Program-made: the position numbers and the translations under genes
Notes under the pieces: generated by a model
The model's database searches: none
The model's input: only the letters and a program-made list of their open reading frames with translations
What the model was told of the DNA's origin: nothing
Origin: Nannocystis pusilla
Lineage (GTDB): Bacteria; Myxococcota_A; Polyangia; Nannocystales; Nannocystaceae
Length of the DNA: 64,000 nt
Reading direction: 5' to 3' (one strand)
NCBI RefSeq assembly: GCF_049337375.1
Contig: NZ_JBMPIV010000001.1
Shown here: in pieces, positions 20,173 to 32,614 of the stretch
How the letters are laid out: each line of letters opens with the position of its first letter
Numbering within the stretch: the stretch's first letter is position 1

Positions 20173-23100
20173 CTGGCCTGCTCGGTCGCCTCGGCAGGGG
20201 TGGGGTCGTCGGCCGCGGCCGCGTCGGGCGGGAGCAGGGGCAGCCAGAGGCGCACGACGGTGCCGCGACCGAGCTCGCTGTCGATGCGGATGGTGCCGCC
20301 GTGGGCGCGGACGAACTTCTGCGCCATCGACAGGCCGAGGCCGGTGCCCTTGCCGGGTGGCTTGGTGGTGTAAAACGGCTCGAACACGTGGGGGAGGTCG
20401 TGGGCGGCGATGCCGACGCCGCTGTCGCGGATGACGATCTCGGCGCCGTCGCGGCCGTCGCCGCCGGGCGCGCCGCGGGCCTCGATCTCGATCGCGCCGC
20501 CGGGGCCGGTGGCGTCGGCGGCGTTGCCGAAGATGTTGAGGAGGGCGGACTCGAGCGAGGGGCGGTGGACCACCAGCGCGGGCAGCGAGGCGCCGGTGAA
20601 CCCGGCGATCAGACGGACGCCGCGCTCGTCGGCCTCGGGGCGGACGAGCTCCACCAACCAATGGAGCACCTGGGCGAGCTCGCAGCGCTCGGCGCCGAGC
20701 GGGCGCCGGCGGGTGTAGGCGAGGAGGGCGTCGACGAGGGCGGCGCAGCGCTGCGAGTGACGCTCGATCCGCTCGAGGGCGCGGCGCACGAACGGATCGC
20801 GGGGGCTGCGACGCAGCAGCATCTGCGCGCTCATGCGGATGACCGCGACCGGGTTGTTGAGCTCGTGCGAGAGGCCGGCCACGAGGGCGCCGACGGCCGC
20901 CATCTTGCTCGACTGGACGAGCTGCTCCTGGGCGTCCCGGAGGGCGCCCAGGGCCTGCTCGAGCGCTTGCTTCTGGCGCACGACCTCGAGGTGGGTGCGG
21001 TGCAGGCGGAGCGCGGCGCGGACGCGCGAGCGCAGCTCGACGGCGGCGAACGGCTTGGGCAAGTAGTCGTCGGCGCCGACGTCGAGGCCGCGCGCGGTCT
21101 CCTCGCGGCTGGCCTTGGCGCTGAGCAGGACGACGGGGACGTGGCGCAGGTCGTCGTCGCGCTTGAGCCGGGTGACGAGCTCGTAGCCGTCCATCTCCGG
21201 CATCATGACGTCGGCGAGGATGACGTCGGGCGGGCGAGCGCGGGCGGCCTGCAGGGCGTCGAGGCCGTTGGCGGTCAGCTCGACGGCGTAGTCGGGGCCG
21301 AGGACCGCGGCGATGTAGGCGCGCATGTCGGGGTTGTCGTCGGCGACGAGGAGGCGCGGGAGGTCGGGCGCGGGCTCGGGCCGGACGTCGTCGACGACGA
21401 CGTCGAAGCGGCCGCGCGGGGCGACGGCGGGCGCGGGCGCGGCGGCGAGGTCGACGAGGCGATCGGCGTCGATCGGCAGGTCGACGACGAAGCAGGCCCC
21501 TTCGCCGAGGGCGCTGTGGAGCTCGACGGCGCCGCCGAGCTCCGCGGCGAACTCGCGCACGATCGCCAGGCCGAGGCCGGTGCCCTCGTGCTTGCGGCTG
21601 ATCGAGCTGTCGAGCTGCTCGAAGCGCTGGAACACCCGCTCGTGCTCGTCGGGGGCGATGCCGGGGCCGGTGTCGCGGACGGTGAGGCGCAGCCGCCCGC
21701 GATCGCCGGCGAGCGCGACGGTGACGGTGCCGCCCGCGGGGGTGAACTTGAGGGCGTTGCCGAGGAGGTTGAGCAGGATCTTCTCGAACATGCGCCGGTC
21801 GAGCGGGACGACCCCGAGGTCGTCCGCCAGCGCGTGCCGCAGGTCGATGCCCGCGGCCTGGGCGGCCGGCTCGGCGTCGAGGACGATGTCGAGCACGAGG
21901 CCGCGGACGTCGACCGGCTCCCAGGTCGGCCGCAGCTTGCCGGCCTCGAGCTTTTGATAGTCGAGGATGTCGTCGACGAGCCGGCCGAGCCGCGAGGCGT
22001 TGCGCCACATGCGAGTCAAGGCGGACCGCGCCTGCTCGCCGCGCAGATCGTCGGCGCCGGCGAGCAGGGACTCGAGCGGGCCGAGGATCAGCGCGAGCGG
22101 GGTCCGCAGCTCGTGGCTGATGGTGGTGAGGAACTCGCTCTTGGCCCGCAGCGCGGCGTCGGCGGCCTCCTTGGCCCGCTGCAGCTCGAGCTCCATGCGC
22201 TTGCGCTCGGTGATGTCGACGTGGATGCCGAGGAGGCCGGTGACCTCGCCGCTGTCGTCGCGGATCGGGACCTTGCTGGTCAAGAGGTACGAGTCGGTGC
22301 CGTCGGACAGGCGCAGCGGCTCCTCGATGTTGAGGATCGGGACGCCGCTCCGCATGACCCTGTCGTCCATCATGCGGAAGAAATCGGCCTCCTCGCGCGA
22401 GGCGACGACTTCGTAGTCGGTCTTGCCGATCACCTCCTCGAGGCTGGTGAAGCGGGTGCTCTGGAGGAAGTGCTGGTTGCAGCCGAGGTAGCGCGAGTCG
22501 CGGTCCTTCCAGAAGATCGCCTGCGGGACGTTGGCCAGCACGTACTTGAACACCGCCTGCTGGCTGGCGTAGCGCGCGATCGTCTGCTCGCGCTCGGTGA
22601 CGTCGAGGGCGACGCCGATGAAGCCCTGCACCACGCCGTCGACGCGCATCGGGCTGTAGTGGGCCTCGTAGAGCACGCCGCGCAGGGCGCCGACCGCCGT
22701 CAACGATTCGCCGGCGAGCGCCCGGCGGGCGGCGTCGACCACCCATGGGATGTCGCCGTAGAGCTCGAAGAGCGAGCGGCCGACGTCATGTCCAGGGTCG
22801 GGGCGCAGCGGGCTGAGGCCGTGGGGCTCGTTCAAGGTGACGACGCCGCGGGCGTCGCAGGCGAACAGCACGACCGGGGCGTGGCTGAGGAGCGCGCGGA
22901 GGTGCTGGTCGGACTTCAGGTCGGGAGCGACGAGCGGCGCGGGCTCGGGGCGGAGGACGATCCAGGCGCCCTCCGGACGCGGGACGACGCGCACGGAGAG
23001 CCGGGTGCCGCGGCCGTCTTCGGTGCAGAAGCGGACCTCGTCGATGCCTCGACAGGCCTGGTCGAGCGCGGAGTCCGGCAGCAGGCTGGCGAGGTCGCGG

Positions 23101-23201
23101 CCGATCAGGGCGGCGCGCTCGGCCCCGAGCAAGCGCTCGGCCGCGGCGTTGACGGCCTCGACGGCGCCGGCCGGCGAGACGACGAGGAGCGCGTCGTCCA
23201 T
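20169..23201 (-). CDS. hybrid sensor histidine kinase/response regulator with PAS domains and two HisKA+HATPase kinase cores flanking a receiver domain
   Basis: ORF 20169-24293. Start placed at MDDALLVV. Two H-boxes (ISHELRTPL and LSHELNNPV), two ATPase G-boxes ([18 protein letters not shown]) and a receiver ([22 protein letters not shown]). The ORF's extra N-terminal 364 aa are Arg/Pro-rich, not coding-like. Confidence 0.85.
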   Translation of the reverse strand: MDDALLVVSPAGAVEAVNAAAERLLGAERAALIGRDLASLLPDSALDQACRGIDEVRFCTEDGRGTRLSVRVVPRPEGAWIVLRPEPAPLVAPDLKSDQHLRALLSHAPVVLFACDARGVVTLNEPHGLSPLRPDPGHDVGRSLFELYGDIPWVVDAARRALAGESLTAVGALRGVLYEAHYSPMRVDGVVQGFIGVALDVTEREQTIARYASQQAVFKYVLANVPQAIFWKDRDSRYLGCNQHFLQSTRFTSLEEVIGKTDYEVVASREEADFFRMMDDRVMRSGVPILNIEEPLRLSDGTDSYLLTSKVPIRDDSGEVTGLLGIHVDITERKRMELELQRAKEAADAALRAKSEFLTTISHELRTPLALILGPLESLLAGADDLRGEQARSALTRMWRNASRLGRLVDDILDYQKLEAGKLRPTWEPVDVRGLVLDIVLDAEPAAQAAGIDLRHALADDLGVVPLDRRMFEKILLNLLGNALKFTPAGGTVTVALAGDRGRLRLTVRDTGPGIAPDEHERVFQRFEQLDSSISRKHEGTGLGLAIVREFAAELGGAVELHSALGEGACFVVDLPIDADRLVDLAAAPAPAVAPRGRFDVVVDDVRPEPAPDLPRLLVADDNPDMRAYIAAVLGPDYAVELTANGLDALQAARARPPDVILADVMMPEMDGYELVTRLKRDDDLRHVPVVLLSAKASREETARGLDVGADDYLPKPFAAVELRSRVRAALRLHRTHLEVVRQKQALEQALGALRDAQEQLVQSSKMAAVGALVAGLSHELNNPVAVIRMSAQMLLRRSPRDPFVRRALERIERHSQRCAALVDALLAYTRRRPLGAERCELAQVLHWLVELVRPEADERGVRLIAGFTGASLPALVVHRPSLESALLNIFGNAADATGPGGAIEIEARGAPGGDGRDGAEIVIRDSGVGIAAHDLPHVFEPFYTTKPPGKGTGLGLSMAQKFVRAHGGTIRIDSELGRGTVVRLWLPLLPPDAAAADDPTPAEATEQAR

Positions 23202-23482
23202 CAACTCGGTGAACTCGGCCCCAGGCAGCACGCCCGCCAAGAATACGTGAGGCGGGCAGGTTGTTCGAAGCGGACGACGAGGGAGGAGGCCGGCCGCGCC
23301 CGGGTCCTCGCGGCCGCGACGCCGACCGGCGGGCGGGCCCGCCGCCCCGCCCGGCGCGCACGGAACCACGCTCGGCGAGGTCGAACGAGGCCGTCGCGGC
23401 CGCTCTTGGCTGCGGTCGGCGAGCTCGATCGCGTGAGGGGCGGCGAGGTCGGTGGCCGCGGGACGGAAGCGGGATGATGGTT

Positions 23483-23540
23483 TTTGGAACATGATTGAAT
23501 AGACATGTCGATTGAGACATGTCCTGGAGGTCATGCCGTG
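23483..23540. repeat. CATG-core 14-bp repeat array, AT-richer variant (ggaacatgattgaat agacatgtcgattg agacatgtcctgga ggtcatgccgtgag)
   Basis: Seen in sequence. Confidence 0.8.
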
Positions 23541-23822
23541 AGGGCGGCGAAGCGGCGGGCGCGGGGCCGCTCGAAGACGGAGCGGCGCGGGCTGCTCAGG
23601 GCGGCGTGGGCGTGAGCGCCGGGGCGAGGCGGGCTCGCGCGGGCGCGCGAGGCGGGGAGAAGTGGGTCGATGTCGGGGCCGAGGCGCCGGCGGGCCGTCC
23701 GCCGACCGTGAGGCGGCGGGGGCGGACTGGCAGGTGCGGGGAGCCTCGATAGCCTTCGCCGAGGCGCAGGCGACGTCGCGGGGCGAGGCGCGAGCGCGGG
23801 GCCGCCGGGGAGAGGACACGCC

Positions 23823-24197
23823 ATGGAGATTCGTCGCTGTCGTCGGGGGTTCGTGTTCGTGGGACTGCTGCCATGGATGGTCTCGTCGGGCTGCGAGGAG
23901 GTGCAGACATTCGGCGACGACGCGGACGAATGGGACGGGACTGCGACGAGCGAGGCGGAGCCGCCGGCCGCGCGCGGCGGGAGCTCGATGCAATCGCAGC
24001 ACGGCCTGACGTGCAGCAACCGCTGGGCCGAGGATTGGGGGGCCACGAATTGCGCCGGCACGCCCGGGGTGAAGTGGCGCCTGAAGGTGCGCTGCTGGTG
24101 GCACGGCGAGCGTCTGGGGCCGTGGCGGTCCGGCCCGGGCTCGGACCGCATCACGTGCAGCCTCGGCGCGCAGCGCTCGAGGGTGGTGTGGGGCTGA
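23823..24197 (+). CDS. possible small Cys/Trp-rich lipoprotein
   Basis: MEIRRCRRGFVFVGLLPWMVSSGCEE.. carries a signal peptide plus lipobox. GC3 is lower than neighbouring genes and no homolog was recognised. Confidence 0.3.
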   Translation: MEIRRCRRGFVFVGLLPWMVSSGCEEVQTFGDDADEWDGTATSEAEPPAARGGSSMQSQHGLTCSNRWAEDWGATNCAGTPGVKWRLKVRCWWHGERLGPWRSGPGSDRITCSLGAQRSRVVWG

Positions 24198-24276
24198 TCC
24201 GCGCCCGCGGCGGAGGCGGTCGCGCAGGCACGCGGGTGGCCTGGTTGCGCGCGACGCCGGCGGGTACCATGCGCCG

Positions 24277-25963
<1,687 letters not shown>

Positions 25964-25997
25964 CGCGCGGGCGAGGATAGCAAGGCGGGCCGGGCAT

Positions 25998-26741
25998 CTA
26001 CGCCAGTTGTGTGATCATATCGCGGACGGCAAAGGCTTTTATGCATTGACCAAGATTGAGCGCCGTCGCACCTGCTTGGTACACCTCTGAGAAGATCCCC
26101 AAGAGGTGCAGACGCGTTCTACCGGCCATGAATGTTCCGTGTTTATCCGTGTAATTCCCGCGATCGAACAGCAGGACGGGGCCGCCCGAGTTGCCACGGA
26201 ATCCTGCGATGTCGATCAAGAATTCGGCTCTCCCTCGCCAATCGACCCATAGCGGTACCGCGGTCGTTCCACGGCGCGCGACCGGCAAGTAGTTTACCTC
26301 ATCGTAGAAACCATAGGGATAGCCGATCAGCGTAACGGATTCGATGCCCGCACACTGCTGTTCCAACTGAACATTATCTAAGACGTCGTTGAAACTGAAT
26401 GAAGCGAAATCGAGCATATCCGCATTCAACCCGTAACGAACGATAATCGAGGCGAAGGATAATATGCAGAGATCAAGACCGCCGGGGTGATCAATCCAGT
26501 CACTCCGGAGCGTGATGAGGCGCTGGAGATCCGTGCTTCCTCGAAGGTGCATGAAGAATTCGATGCTCGATGCACCGTCGACGACATGGCGATTTGTGAC
26601 GAGGAATGTGTTTGCGGGCGAGCATTTCGGGTCGGACGCGACAAAAAAACTTGTTCCTGTAGTCGCGTCCGTCCGAGGGAGGACGGTGGTATAGAACAAT
26701 CGGGCAGCGAAGTCGGCGCACATGATTGCACCTTGGCACAA
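25998..26741 (-). CDS. trypsin-like (S1/chymotrypsin-fold) serine peptidase, no signal peptide, in a low-GC island
   Basis: Catalytic triad context: ..VTNRHVV.. (His), ..LDLCIL.. (Asp), ..GNSGGPVL.. (Ser, GDSGG-like). Local GC is about 52% against about 70% in the flanks. Confidence 0.7.
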   Translation of the reverse strand: MCQGAIMCADFAARLFYTTVLPRTDATTGTSFFVASDPKCSPANTFLVTNRHVVDGASSIEFFMHLRGSTDLQRLITLRSDWIDHPGGLDLCILSFASIIVRYGLNADMLDFASFSFNDVLDNVQLEQQCAGIESVTLIGYPYGFYDEVNYLPVARRGTTAVPLWVDWRGRAEFLIDIAGFRGNSGGPVLLFDRGNYTDKHGTFMAGRTRLHLLGIFSEVYQAGATALNLGQCIKAFAVRDMITQLA

Positions 26742-26829
26742 GGGGCATACGCCACGGCGTACCGCTCGCGGAACGCGCTCGGTAGGCGTTCTGGGGAGTC
26801 GCCAATCGGATGGCGCCGTGCCGGCGCGA

Positions 26830-28275
26830 TCAGCCCGGCGGGGGGGTGACGCTCTTGAGCTGGCCGCCGGTCATGTCGGAGTAGACGTAGTGGTCGCCGG
26901 CGACGGGGATGTTCTGCATCGCCGGGACGTTGAGCGGGTCGATCTTCCAGGCCCAGCCCTGCTGGTCGACCAGCCACACGAAGCCGTCGACGTCGACGCT
27001 GACGCCGATCGGGGTCGAGCACTGGGCGAGGGTGTGCTGGGCGACGAGAGTGCGGGTGGGGACGTCGATCTCGACGAGGCCGCAGGGGCTGTTCGAGGCG
27101 ACCCAGGCGTGGTCGTCGTGGTCGATGGCCATGCCGCGGTGACAGGCGTTGGTGCCGGCGACCGAGATCCACTGGCTGGTGGCGACGTCGTAGGTCGAGA
27201 CGGGACCGGAGCAGCCGGCGAGCCACGGGTTGCCGTTGCGATCGACGGTCATGCCGTAGGTCTGGATGTTGGAAGGCTGGGGGATCCGCGTGAGCGTGAT
27301 CGGGTTCTCGTTGGCGTTGACGCGCGCGAGCTCGCCGCGCAAACCGGTGAACCAGGCGTTGCCCAGCGGATCGAGGGCGCCGCCGTAAGGGGCGTAGCCG
27401 CTGCCGTTCCACGCCACGGCCTCGAGCGACTGCTCCATCACGCCGGTGGCGCCGTCGAGCCGGACCATGTTGGCAGAGCCGGCCTGGAGGGCGCCGAAGC
27501 CGAGCCAGACCTTCTGGTTCTTGTACGTGCAGGTGGCCTTGTCGTAGTCGCCGATGGTCCAGGTGATGCCGCGCGGACCCTCGATGTACTGGCCCGACCA
27601 GTTGGCGTGGACGAGGGTCCACACGACGCACTCGTCGGTGCCCCACGGCTTGATGTCGGCGACGCTGGTGGAGGTGGTGATCTGGCCGTCGCCGTTGAAG
27701 TCGATGCAATCGGCGATGTTGGCGGCGACGGCGGTGGAACGCCCGGTGCCGCGCGCGTTGACGACGACGAACCGTCCGTCGCCCGAGACGGCGGTGCGCG
27801 AGACGCTCTCGGCGGCGCCGCTCGGACCGGTGAGGTAGCGCGCCTCCTCGACGAGGGTGCGCGTGTTGATCTTGGAGACGAGGCCGTCGCTGGTGGCGGG
27901 GATCCAGATGAAGCTCTCGTCGATGTCCATGTCGCCGGCGCAGCCCATGCCGCCGTCAGGCGTGACGCCGAGGTCGAACTTGGGGCCGCCGTTGGTGGTC
28001 GGGCTCGACATCGAACCGTTGGTGGTGGTCGGCGGGTCGCCGCTGGCGCTCTCGGTCTGACCGACAGTGCCGTCGGTGCCCTCGCTGGCGCTCATCGAAC
28101 CCCCCTGCGTGGGGTCCGTCATGGTGGTCTCGGGCGGCAGGGTGAGGCTGCCGATGCTGGTCGCCACGGTGGTCGGAGCCGTGGCGCTGGCCGAGTCGGC
28201 GCGCCCGCTGTCACCGCAGGCGACGAGGAGACCGGCGACGGCCATGGATGCGACCGGAAAACGAGGGGAGACCAT
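26830..28275 (-). CDS. hypothetical lipoprotein with predicted beta-propeller-like repeat region and Thr/Ser-rich linker
   Basis: LLVACG lipobox, T/S/G-rich linker, long C-terminal region rich in G/W/N/D with repeated ..G..W.. segments. Confidence 0.55.
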   Translation of the reverse strand: MVSPRFPVASMAVAGLLVACGDSGRADSASATAPTTVATSIGSLTLPPETTMTDPTQGGSMSASEGTDGTVGQTESASGDPPTTTNGSMSSPTTNGGPKFDLGVTPDGGMGCAGDMDIDESFIWIPATSDGLVSKINTRTLVEEARYLTGPSGAAESVSRTAVSGDGRFVVVNARGTGRSTAVAANIADCIDFNGDGQITTSTSVADIKPWGTDECVVWTLVHANWSGQYIEGPRGITWTIGDYDKATCTYKNQKVWLGFGALQAGSANMVRLDGATGVMEQSLEAVAWNGSGYAPYGGALDPLGNAWFTGLRGELARVNANENPITLTRIPQPSNIQTYGMTVDRNGNPWLAGCSGPVSTYDVATSQWISVAGTNACHRGMAIDHDDHAWVASNSPCGLVEIDVPTRTLVAQHTLAQCSTPIGVSVDVDGFVWLVDQQGWAWKIDPLNVPAMQNIPVAGDHYVYSDMTGGQLKSVTPPPG

Positions 28276-28855
28276 GGGGCGATGAACGCACGATCACCCT
28301 CATGAGGGCAAGTACCCGACCGAACCGATCGAGACGGTGATGTTCGGATCCATCGTCGGGGGAGCGCCGAGGGGCCTCGCATGCGGGGGTCCCGTGGTCG
28401 CGTCGGCGACGCGCTCGCGACGAACAAGTGTCCGGCGAGAGACACGAGACGAGAGGCGGGGTCGCGCGGCGACGGGCGCCATGCGAATGCGCGGAGCTCG
28501 GGGCGCAGGCGAATGCGATGAGGGGCCGTGAGAGGGCGCCAGGAGTGCTTGCGGCGAGGTTCGCGGGGCGGAGGGCGCGGTCCGTGCGGCAGGGGTGATT
28601 GCAGCGAGGGCGCACGGTCGACGCATTTCGGGCCGGGACGGTGGACCGGCGTCGGGGGCGCGGTCGGGCGCGGGGATCTCCGCAGGGGCTGCCCGCCGGC
28701 GTGGGTCGCGCCCAGGGCGAAAATCCCGGGGTCGATCGCGGGGCAGTCGGGGCCGGACGACCCGGGAGCTGCCGCGGAGCAGGGGATCGTCCGCGCGGCC
28801 CGGGTCCGCGGGCGGCTGCAGGGGCGTGCATTTCGGGCGCGGCGCCGCGGGCGGG

Positions 28856-30505
28856 ATGGGTATCATCGCGCCGATGTCGAGCTCTCGCCGCTCCTTCCTC
28901 GCGCTCACGGGGCTCTGTGGGGCCGAGGCGCTGCTCCACGGCCCGCGCGCGGCATCGGCCGGACAGCAGCCGAGCCGGATCCCGGCGCCGAAGTCGGCGC
29001 CCGCGAGCGCAGACGCGGGCATGGCCCTGCTGGCGGCGAGCCGCTTGCTGGCCGACGAGTCGCTGCTGCGCACGGCGCTCGAGGCGGCGACGAAGGCCGG
29101 GGCGAGCTACGCCGACGCGCGCCTGGTGCTGATGCGCCGCGAACGGGTCGGCGTGCGCGACGACCACGTGAGCGGGATCGGTCGCAGCGAGGACTACGGG
29201 GTCGGTCTGCGGGTGATCGCGGACGGCGGCTGGGGCTTCGCGGCGACGGCGGAGCGCAGCGCGAAGGCGGTCGAGGGGATCGCCAGGGCCGCGGTGGCGA
29301 TGGCCCGCCAGAGCGCGCTGCTGATGCCGCAGCCGGTGACCCTGGCGCCGGCGCCGGTGCTGCAGGGCGGCTGGGTGTCGCCGTTCCAGGTCGACCCGTT
29401 CTCGATCGCGCCGGCCGAGAAGGCGGAGCTGCTGCTGGCGGCGGCCCGCGCGGCGCTGGCGGTGCCCGGGGTGGCCCACGTGGACGCGAGCGTGGCGTGC
29501 GTGCGCGAGGAGAAGCTGGTGATGACGAGCGAGGGCTCGCGGGTCCACCAGATCTTCTTCCGCGTGATTCCGGGGCTGACCGCGACGGCGATCGATCGCC
29601 GGCGCGGTCGCTTCGCCGGGCGCGACCACGAGGTGGCGCCGATGCTGGCGGGCTGGGAGCACGTGACCGCGGCCGACCTGGTCGGCAGCGCGCCGAAGAT
29701 CGCCGAGGAGGCGCTGCAGAAGCTGCACGCGGCGCCGGCGGTGCCGGGCAAGAAGCACGCGATCCTGGCGCCGTCGAACCTGTGGCTGACGATCCACGAG
29801 AGCATCGGCCACTCGACGGAGCTCGACCGGGCGCTCGGCTACGAGGCGAACTACGCCGGCACGAGCTTCCTTCAGCCCGACAAGGCGGGCAAGGTCAAGA
29901 TCGGCAGCGAGATCGTGAACCTCGCGGCCGACCGCACGCAGCCCGGCGGCCTGGCGACGACCGCGTGGGACGACGAGGCGGTGGCGTCGCAGCGCTGGGA
30001 CCTGGTGAAGAAGGGGACGTTCGTCGGCTGGCAGACGACGCGCGACCTGGCGGCGGCGGCCGGCGAGCCGGCGAGCCGCGGCTGCAGCTACGCCGACAGC
30101 TACGCGAGCGTGCCGTTCCAGCGCATGCCCAACGTGAGCCTGCAGCCGGGCACCGAGGGCTACACGACGGAGGACCTGATCTCGGCGACCGACGACGGGG
30201 TGCTGATCACGGGCCGCGGCAGCTGGTCGATCGACCAGCAGCGCTACAACTTCCAGTTCTCGGGCCAGTTCTTCTGGGAGATCAAGAACGGGCGGTTGAC
30301 GCGGCCGCTGCGAGACGTGGCGTATCAGGCCAACACGGTCGAATTCTGGAGCTCGTGTGACATGCTCGGAGGGACAGACACGTACCGCCTCGGCGGCAGC
30401 ATGAGCGACGGCAAGGGCGAACCGTCGCAGAGCAACGCGGTCAGCCACGGGTGCCCGCCGGCGCGCTTCGTCGTCAACATCCTCAACACCGGGGGTGACA
30501 AGTGA
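28856..30505 (+). CDS. tldD: TldD-family metallopeptidase with twin-arginine (Tat) signal peptide
   Basis: MGIIAPMSSSRRSFLALTGLCGA Tat motif. Conserved TldD regions (..HESIGHSTELD.., ..GSWSIDQQRYNFQF..). Confidence 0.85.
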   Translation: MGIIAPMSSSRRSFLALTGLCGAEALLHGPRAASAGQQPSRIPAPKSAPASADAGMALLAASRLLADESLLRTALEAATKAGASYADARLVLMRRERVGVRDDHVSGIGRSEDYGVGLRVIADGGWGFAATAERSAKAVEGIARAAVAMARQSALLMPQPVTLAPAPVLQGGWVSPFQVDPFSIAPAEKAELLLAAARAALAVPGVAHVDASVACVREEKLVMTSEGSRVHQIFFRVIPGLTATAIDRRRGRFAGRDHEVAPMLAGWEHVTAADLVGSAPKIAEEALQKLHAAPAVPGKKHAILAPSNLWLTIHESIGHSTELDRALGYEANYAGTSFLQPDKAGKVKIGSEIVNLAADRTQPGGLATTAWDDEAVASQRWDLVKKGTFVGWQTTRDLAAAAGEPASRGCSYADSYASVPFQRMPNVSLQPGTEGYTTEDLISATDDGVLITGRGSWSIDQQRYNFQFSGQFFWEIKNGRLTRPLRDVAYQANTVEFWSSCDMLGGTDTYRLGGSMSDGKGEPSQSNAVSHGCPPARFVVNILNTGGDK

Positions 30506-31851
30506 GCGCGCAGTCGCCTTTGAGCCCGACCGAGGCGCGGGCGCTGGTCAAGTCGGCGCTGTCCGCCGCGAGCTTCGAGGACGTGAGCCTGCGAGTGACG
30601 GCGCGGCGCACGGCGTACCTGCGGTTCGCCGCCGGCGCGCCGACGACGTCCGGCGAGGCGGCGCGCTTCGAGGTGTCGGTGACGGCGGCGAAGGACGGGC
30701 GGGTGGCGACGGTGTCCGGCACCGGGCGCGACGCGGCGTCGCTGCAGGCGCTGGTGCGCGAGGCGGAGGCGCTGGCCAAGCTGGCGCCGAAGGACCCGGA
30801 GCACGAGCCGCCGCTGGGGCCGCAGCAGTACGCGAAGGTGGCGGCCCGCGACGCGAAGACGGCGGAGGTCGGACCCGAGGGGCGCACCGAGGTGGTGGCG
30901 CGGGTGCTGAAGGTGGCGCGCGAGGCCAAGCTGGTGGCGTCGGGGATCGTCGAGCACGAGGACGGGGTGACGGTCCTGGCCAATCGGACAGGTCTGTTCG
31001 CGCTCCACGCGGCGACCGAGGCGTCGCTGACGACGACGATGCGCACGCCCGACGGCAAGGGCAGCGGCTGGGCCGGCGGGGCGTCGCACCGCCTGGCCGA
31101 GCTCGACGCGCCGGCGCTGGCGCGGCGGGCGGCCGACAAGGCGACGATGTCGAGCCAGGGCGCGGACGCGCTGGCGCCGGGGGCGTACACCGTGGTGCTC
31201 GAGGCGCAGGCGGTGGCCGACCTGCTCGGCTTCCTGGTGTCGGCGCTGCAGGCCCGCGCGGCCGACGAGGGCCGCAGCTTCTTCAGCCGCCCGGGCGGCA
31301 ACGCGATCGGCGAGGCGCTGTTCGACCCGCGGGTGACGCTGCGCTCCGACCCGGCCGACCCGCGCTGGCCGTCGATCCCGTTCGCGGGCGACGGGCTGCC
31401 GCTGCCGGCGACGACGTGGATCGAGCGCGGGACGCTGAAGGCGCTGGCGTACAGCCGCTTCTGGGCCCACAAGCAGAGCAAGCCCGCGCTGCCGGGGCCG
31501 CGCTCGATCTTCCTCGCGCCCGCGGACCCGGCCGAGGGCAAGGACCTGCTCGAGCTGGTCCGCGGGGTCGAGCGCGGGGTGCTGGTGACGCGCTTCTTCT
31601 ACAACCGCATGCTCGACCCGCGGCAGATCCTGGCGACCGGGCTGACCCGCGACGGCACGTTCCTCATCGAGCAGGGGAAGATCGCGCGGCCGGTCAAGAA
31701 CATGCGCTACAACGAGAGCCCGGCGGCGCTGCTGAAGAACCTGGTGGCGATCGGCAAGCCGGAGCGCACGGCCGGCGAGGGGATGGTCGCGGTGGTGCCG
31801 CCGCTGGTGGCGAAGGACTTCCACTTCGCCAGCGTCAGCGACGCGGTGTGA
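30502..31851 (+). CDS. pmbA: PmbA/TldE-family metallopeptidase partner
   Basis: TldE-like sequence. Start overlaps the tldD stop by 4 bp (operon). Confidence 0.8.
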   Translation: MSAQSPLSPTEARALVKSALSAASFEDVSLRVTARRTAYLRFAAGAPTTSGEAARFEVSVTAAKDGRVATVSGTGRDAASLQALVREAEALAKLAPKDPEHEPPLGPQQYAKVAARDAKTAEVGPEGRTEVVARVLKVAREAKLVASGIVEHEDGVTVLANRTGLFALHAATEASLTTTMRTPDGKGSGWAGGASHRLAELDAPALARRAADKATMSSQGADALAPGAYTVVLEAQAVADLLGFLVSALQARAADEGRSFFSRPGGNAIGEALFDPRVTLRSDPADPRWPSIPFAGDGLPLPATTWIERGTLKALAYSRFWAHKQSKPALPGPRSIFLAPADPAEGKDLLELVRGVERGVLVTRFFYNRMLDPRQILATGLTRDGTFLIEQGKIARPVKNMRYNESPAALLKNLVAIGKPERTAGEGMVAVVPPLVAKDFHFASVSDAV

Positions 31852-31854
31852 TTT

Positions 31855-31936
31855 CGGATGTCCCCGGCGACATGTCGTCGCGGACATGTCTGATGGAGCA
31901 TGGCCGAGCGGGCATGTTCCCAGGGACCTGTGACGG
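31855..31936. repeat. CATG-core 14-bp repeat array (ggatgtccccggcg acatgtcgtcgcgg acatgtctgatgga gcatggccgagcgg gcatgttcccaggg acctgtgacgg)
   Basis: Six phased units starting 4 bp after the pmbA stop. Confidence 0.85.
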
Positions 31937-31965
31937 GCGGGCGCCGGTGAGGTACTCTGGGCGGG

Positions 31966-32478
31966 ATGGTCGTCGCCGCGCTGGTCTCGGTCGCCCTGCT
32001 GCAGCAGCCGCCGGCGGGCCTGGAGGTGCCGGAGTCCTGTCCGGAGGGGGCGACGATGTGCGCGGGCGGCTGCGTGCCGGCGGGGGAGCCGTGCCCGCCG
32101 CCCAGGCTGCCGCGGCCCGATGTCACCGTGCCGCCGCCGACGCCGAGCGACGAGGAGATGGCGGCGACGATCCAGGCGGCGTGGGGCTGCGACGAGAGCG
32201 ACGCGCAGCTGGCCCGGCGCAAGCTGAAGTGGCTCGCGGCGTTCGGGGTGCCGGCGCTCGGGTTCGCGGTCGGAGGGGTGGTCGCGGGGGTGACGATGCG
32301 CGAGCCGGTGAGCCCGCGCGAGGACGCCGAGCTGCGCCTGACCCGTCAGGGCCTCGGGGTGACCGTGTCGCTGCTGCTGATCTCGAGCGCGCTGTTCTTC
32401 GCGGCGTCGATGGGGGCGATGCGGCTCAAGCGGAGGCGGGTGCAGTGCGATCCGGGCGGCTGCGCGCTGCGGTTCTGA
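31966..32478 (+). CDS. hypothetical Cys/Pro-rich protein with C-terminal TM helices
   Basis: 170 aa ORF with high GC3. No family recognised. Confidence 0.45.
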   Translation: MVVAALVSVALLQQPPAGLEVPESCPEGATMCAGGCVPAGEPCPPPRLPRPDVTVPPPTPSDEEMAATIQAAWGCDESDAQLARRKLKWLAAFGVPALGFAVGGVVAGVTMREPVSPREDAELRLTRQGLGVTVSLLLISSALFFAASMGAMRLKRRRVQCDPGGCALRF

Positions 32479-32614
32479 GAGGCGGTCGCTCCTCGCGTCG
32501 TGCTACGGTCGCCGGACCGTGCGCGCGTTCCTCGATCGGCAGCTTCGTGGTCGACGGTGAGCTCGCGAGCCTGACGATCGAGCGCGGACGCGCGAGGATG
32601 TCCTGGGGGACAGG

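Noticed and set aside
23531-24154. 207-aa minus-strand ORF opposite the small putative lipoprotein
   Set aside because: Pro/Arg/Ser-rich low-complexity translation with no start context. The plus-strand lipoprotein candidate (23823-24197) is more plausible but itself weak.
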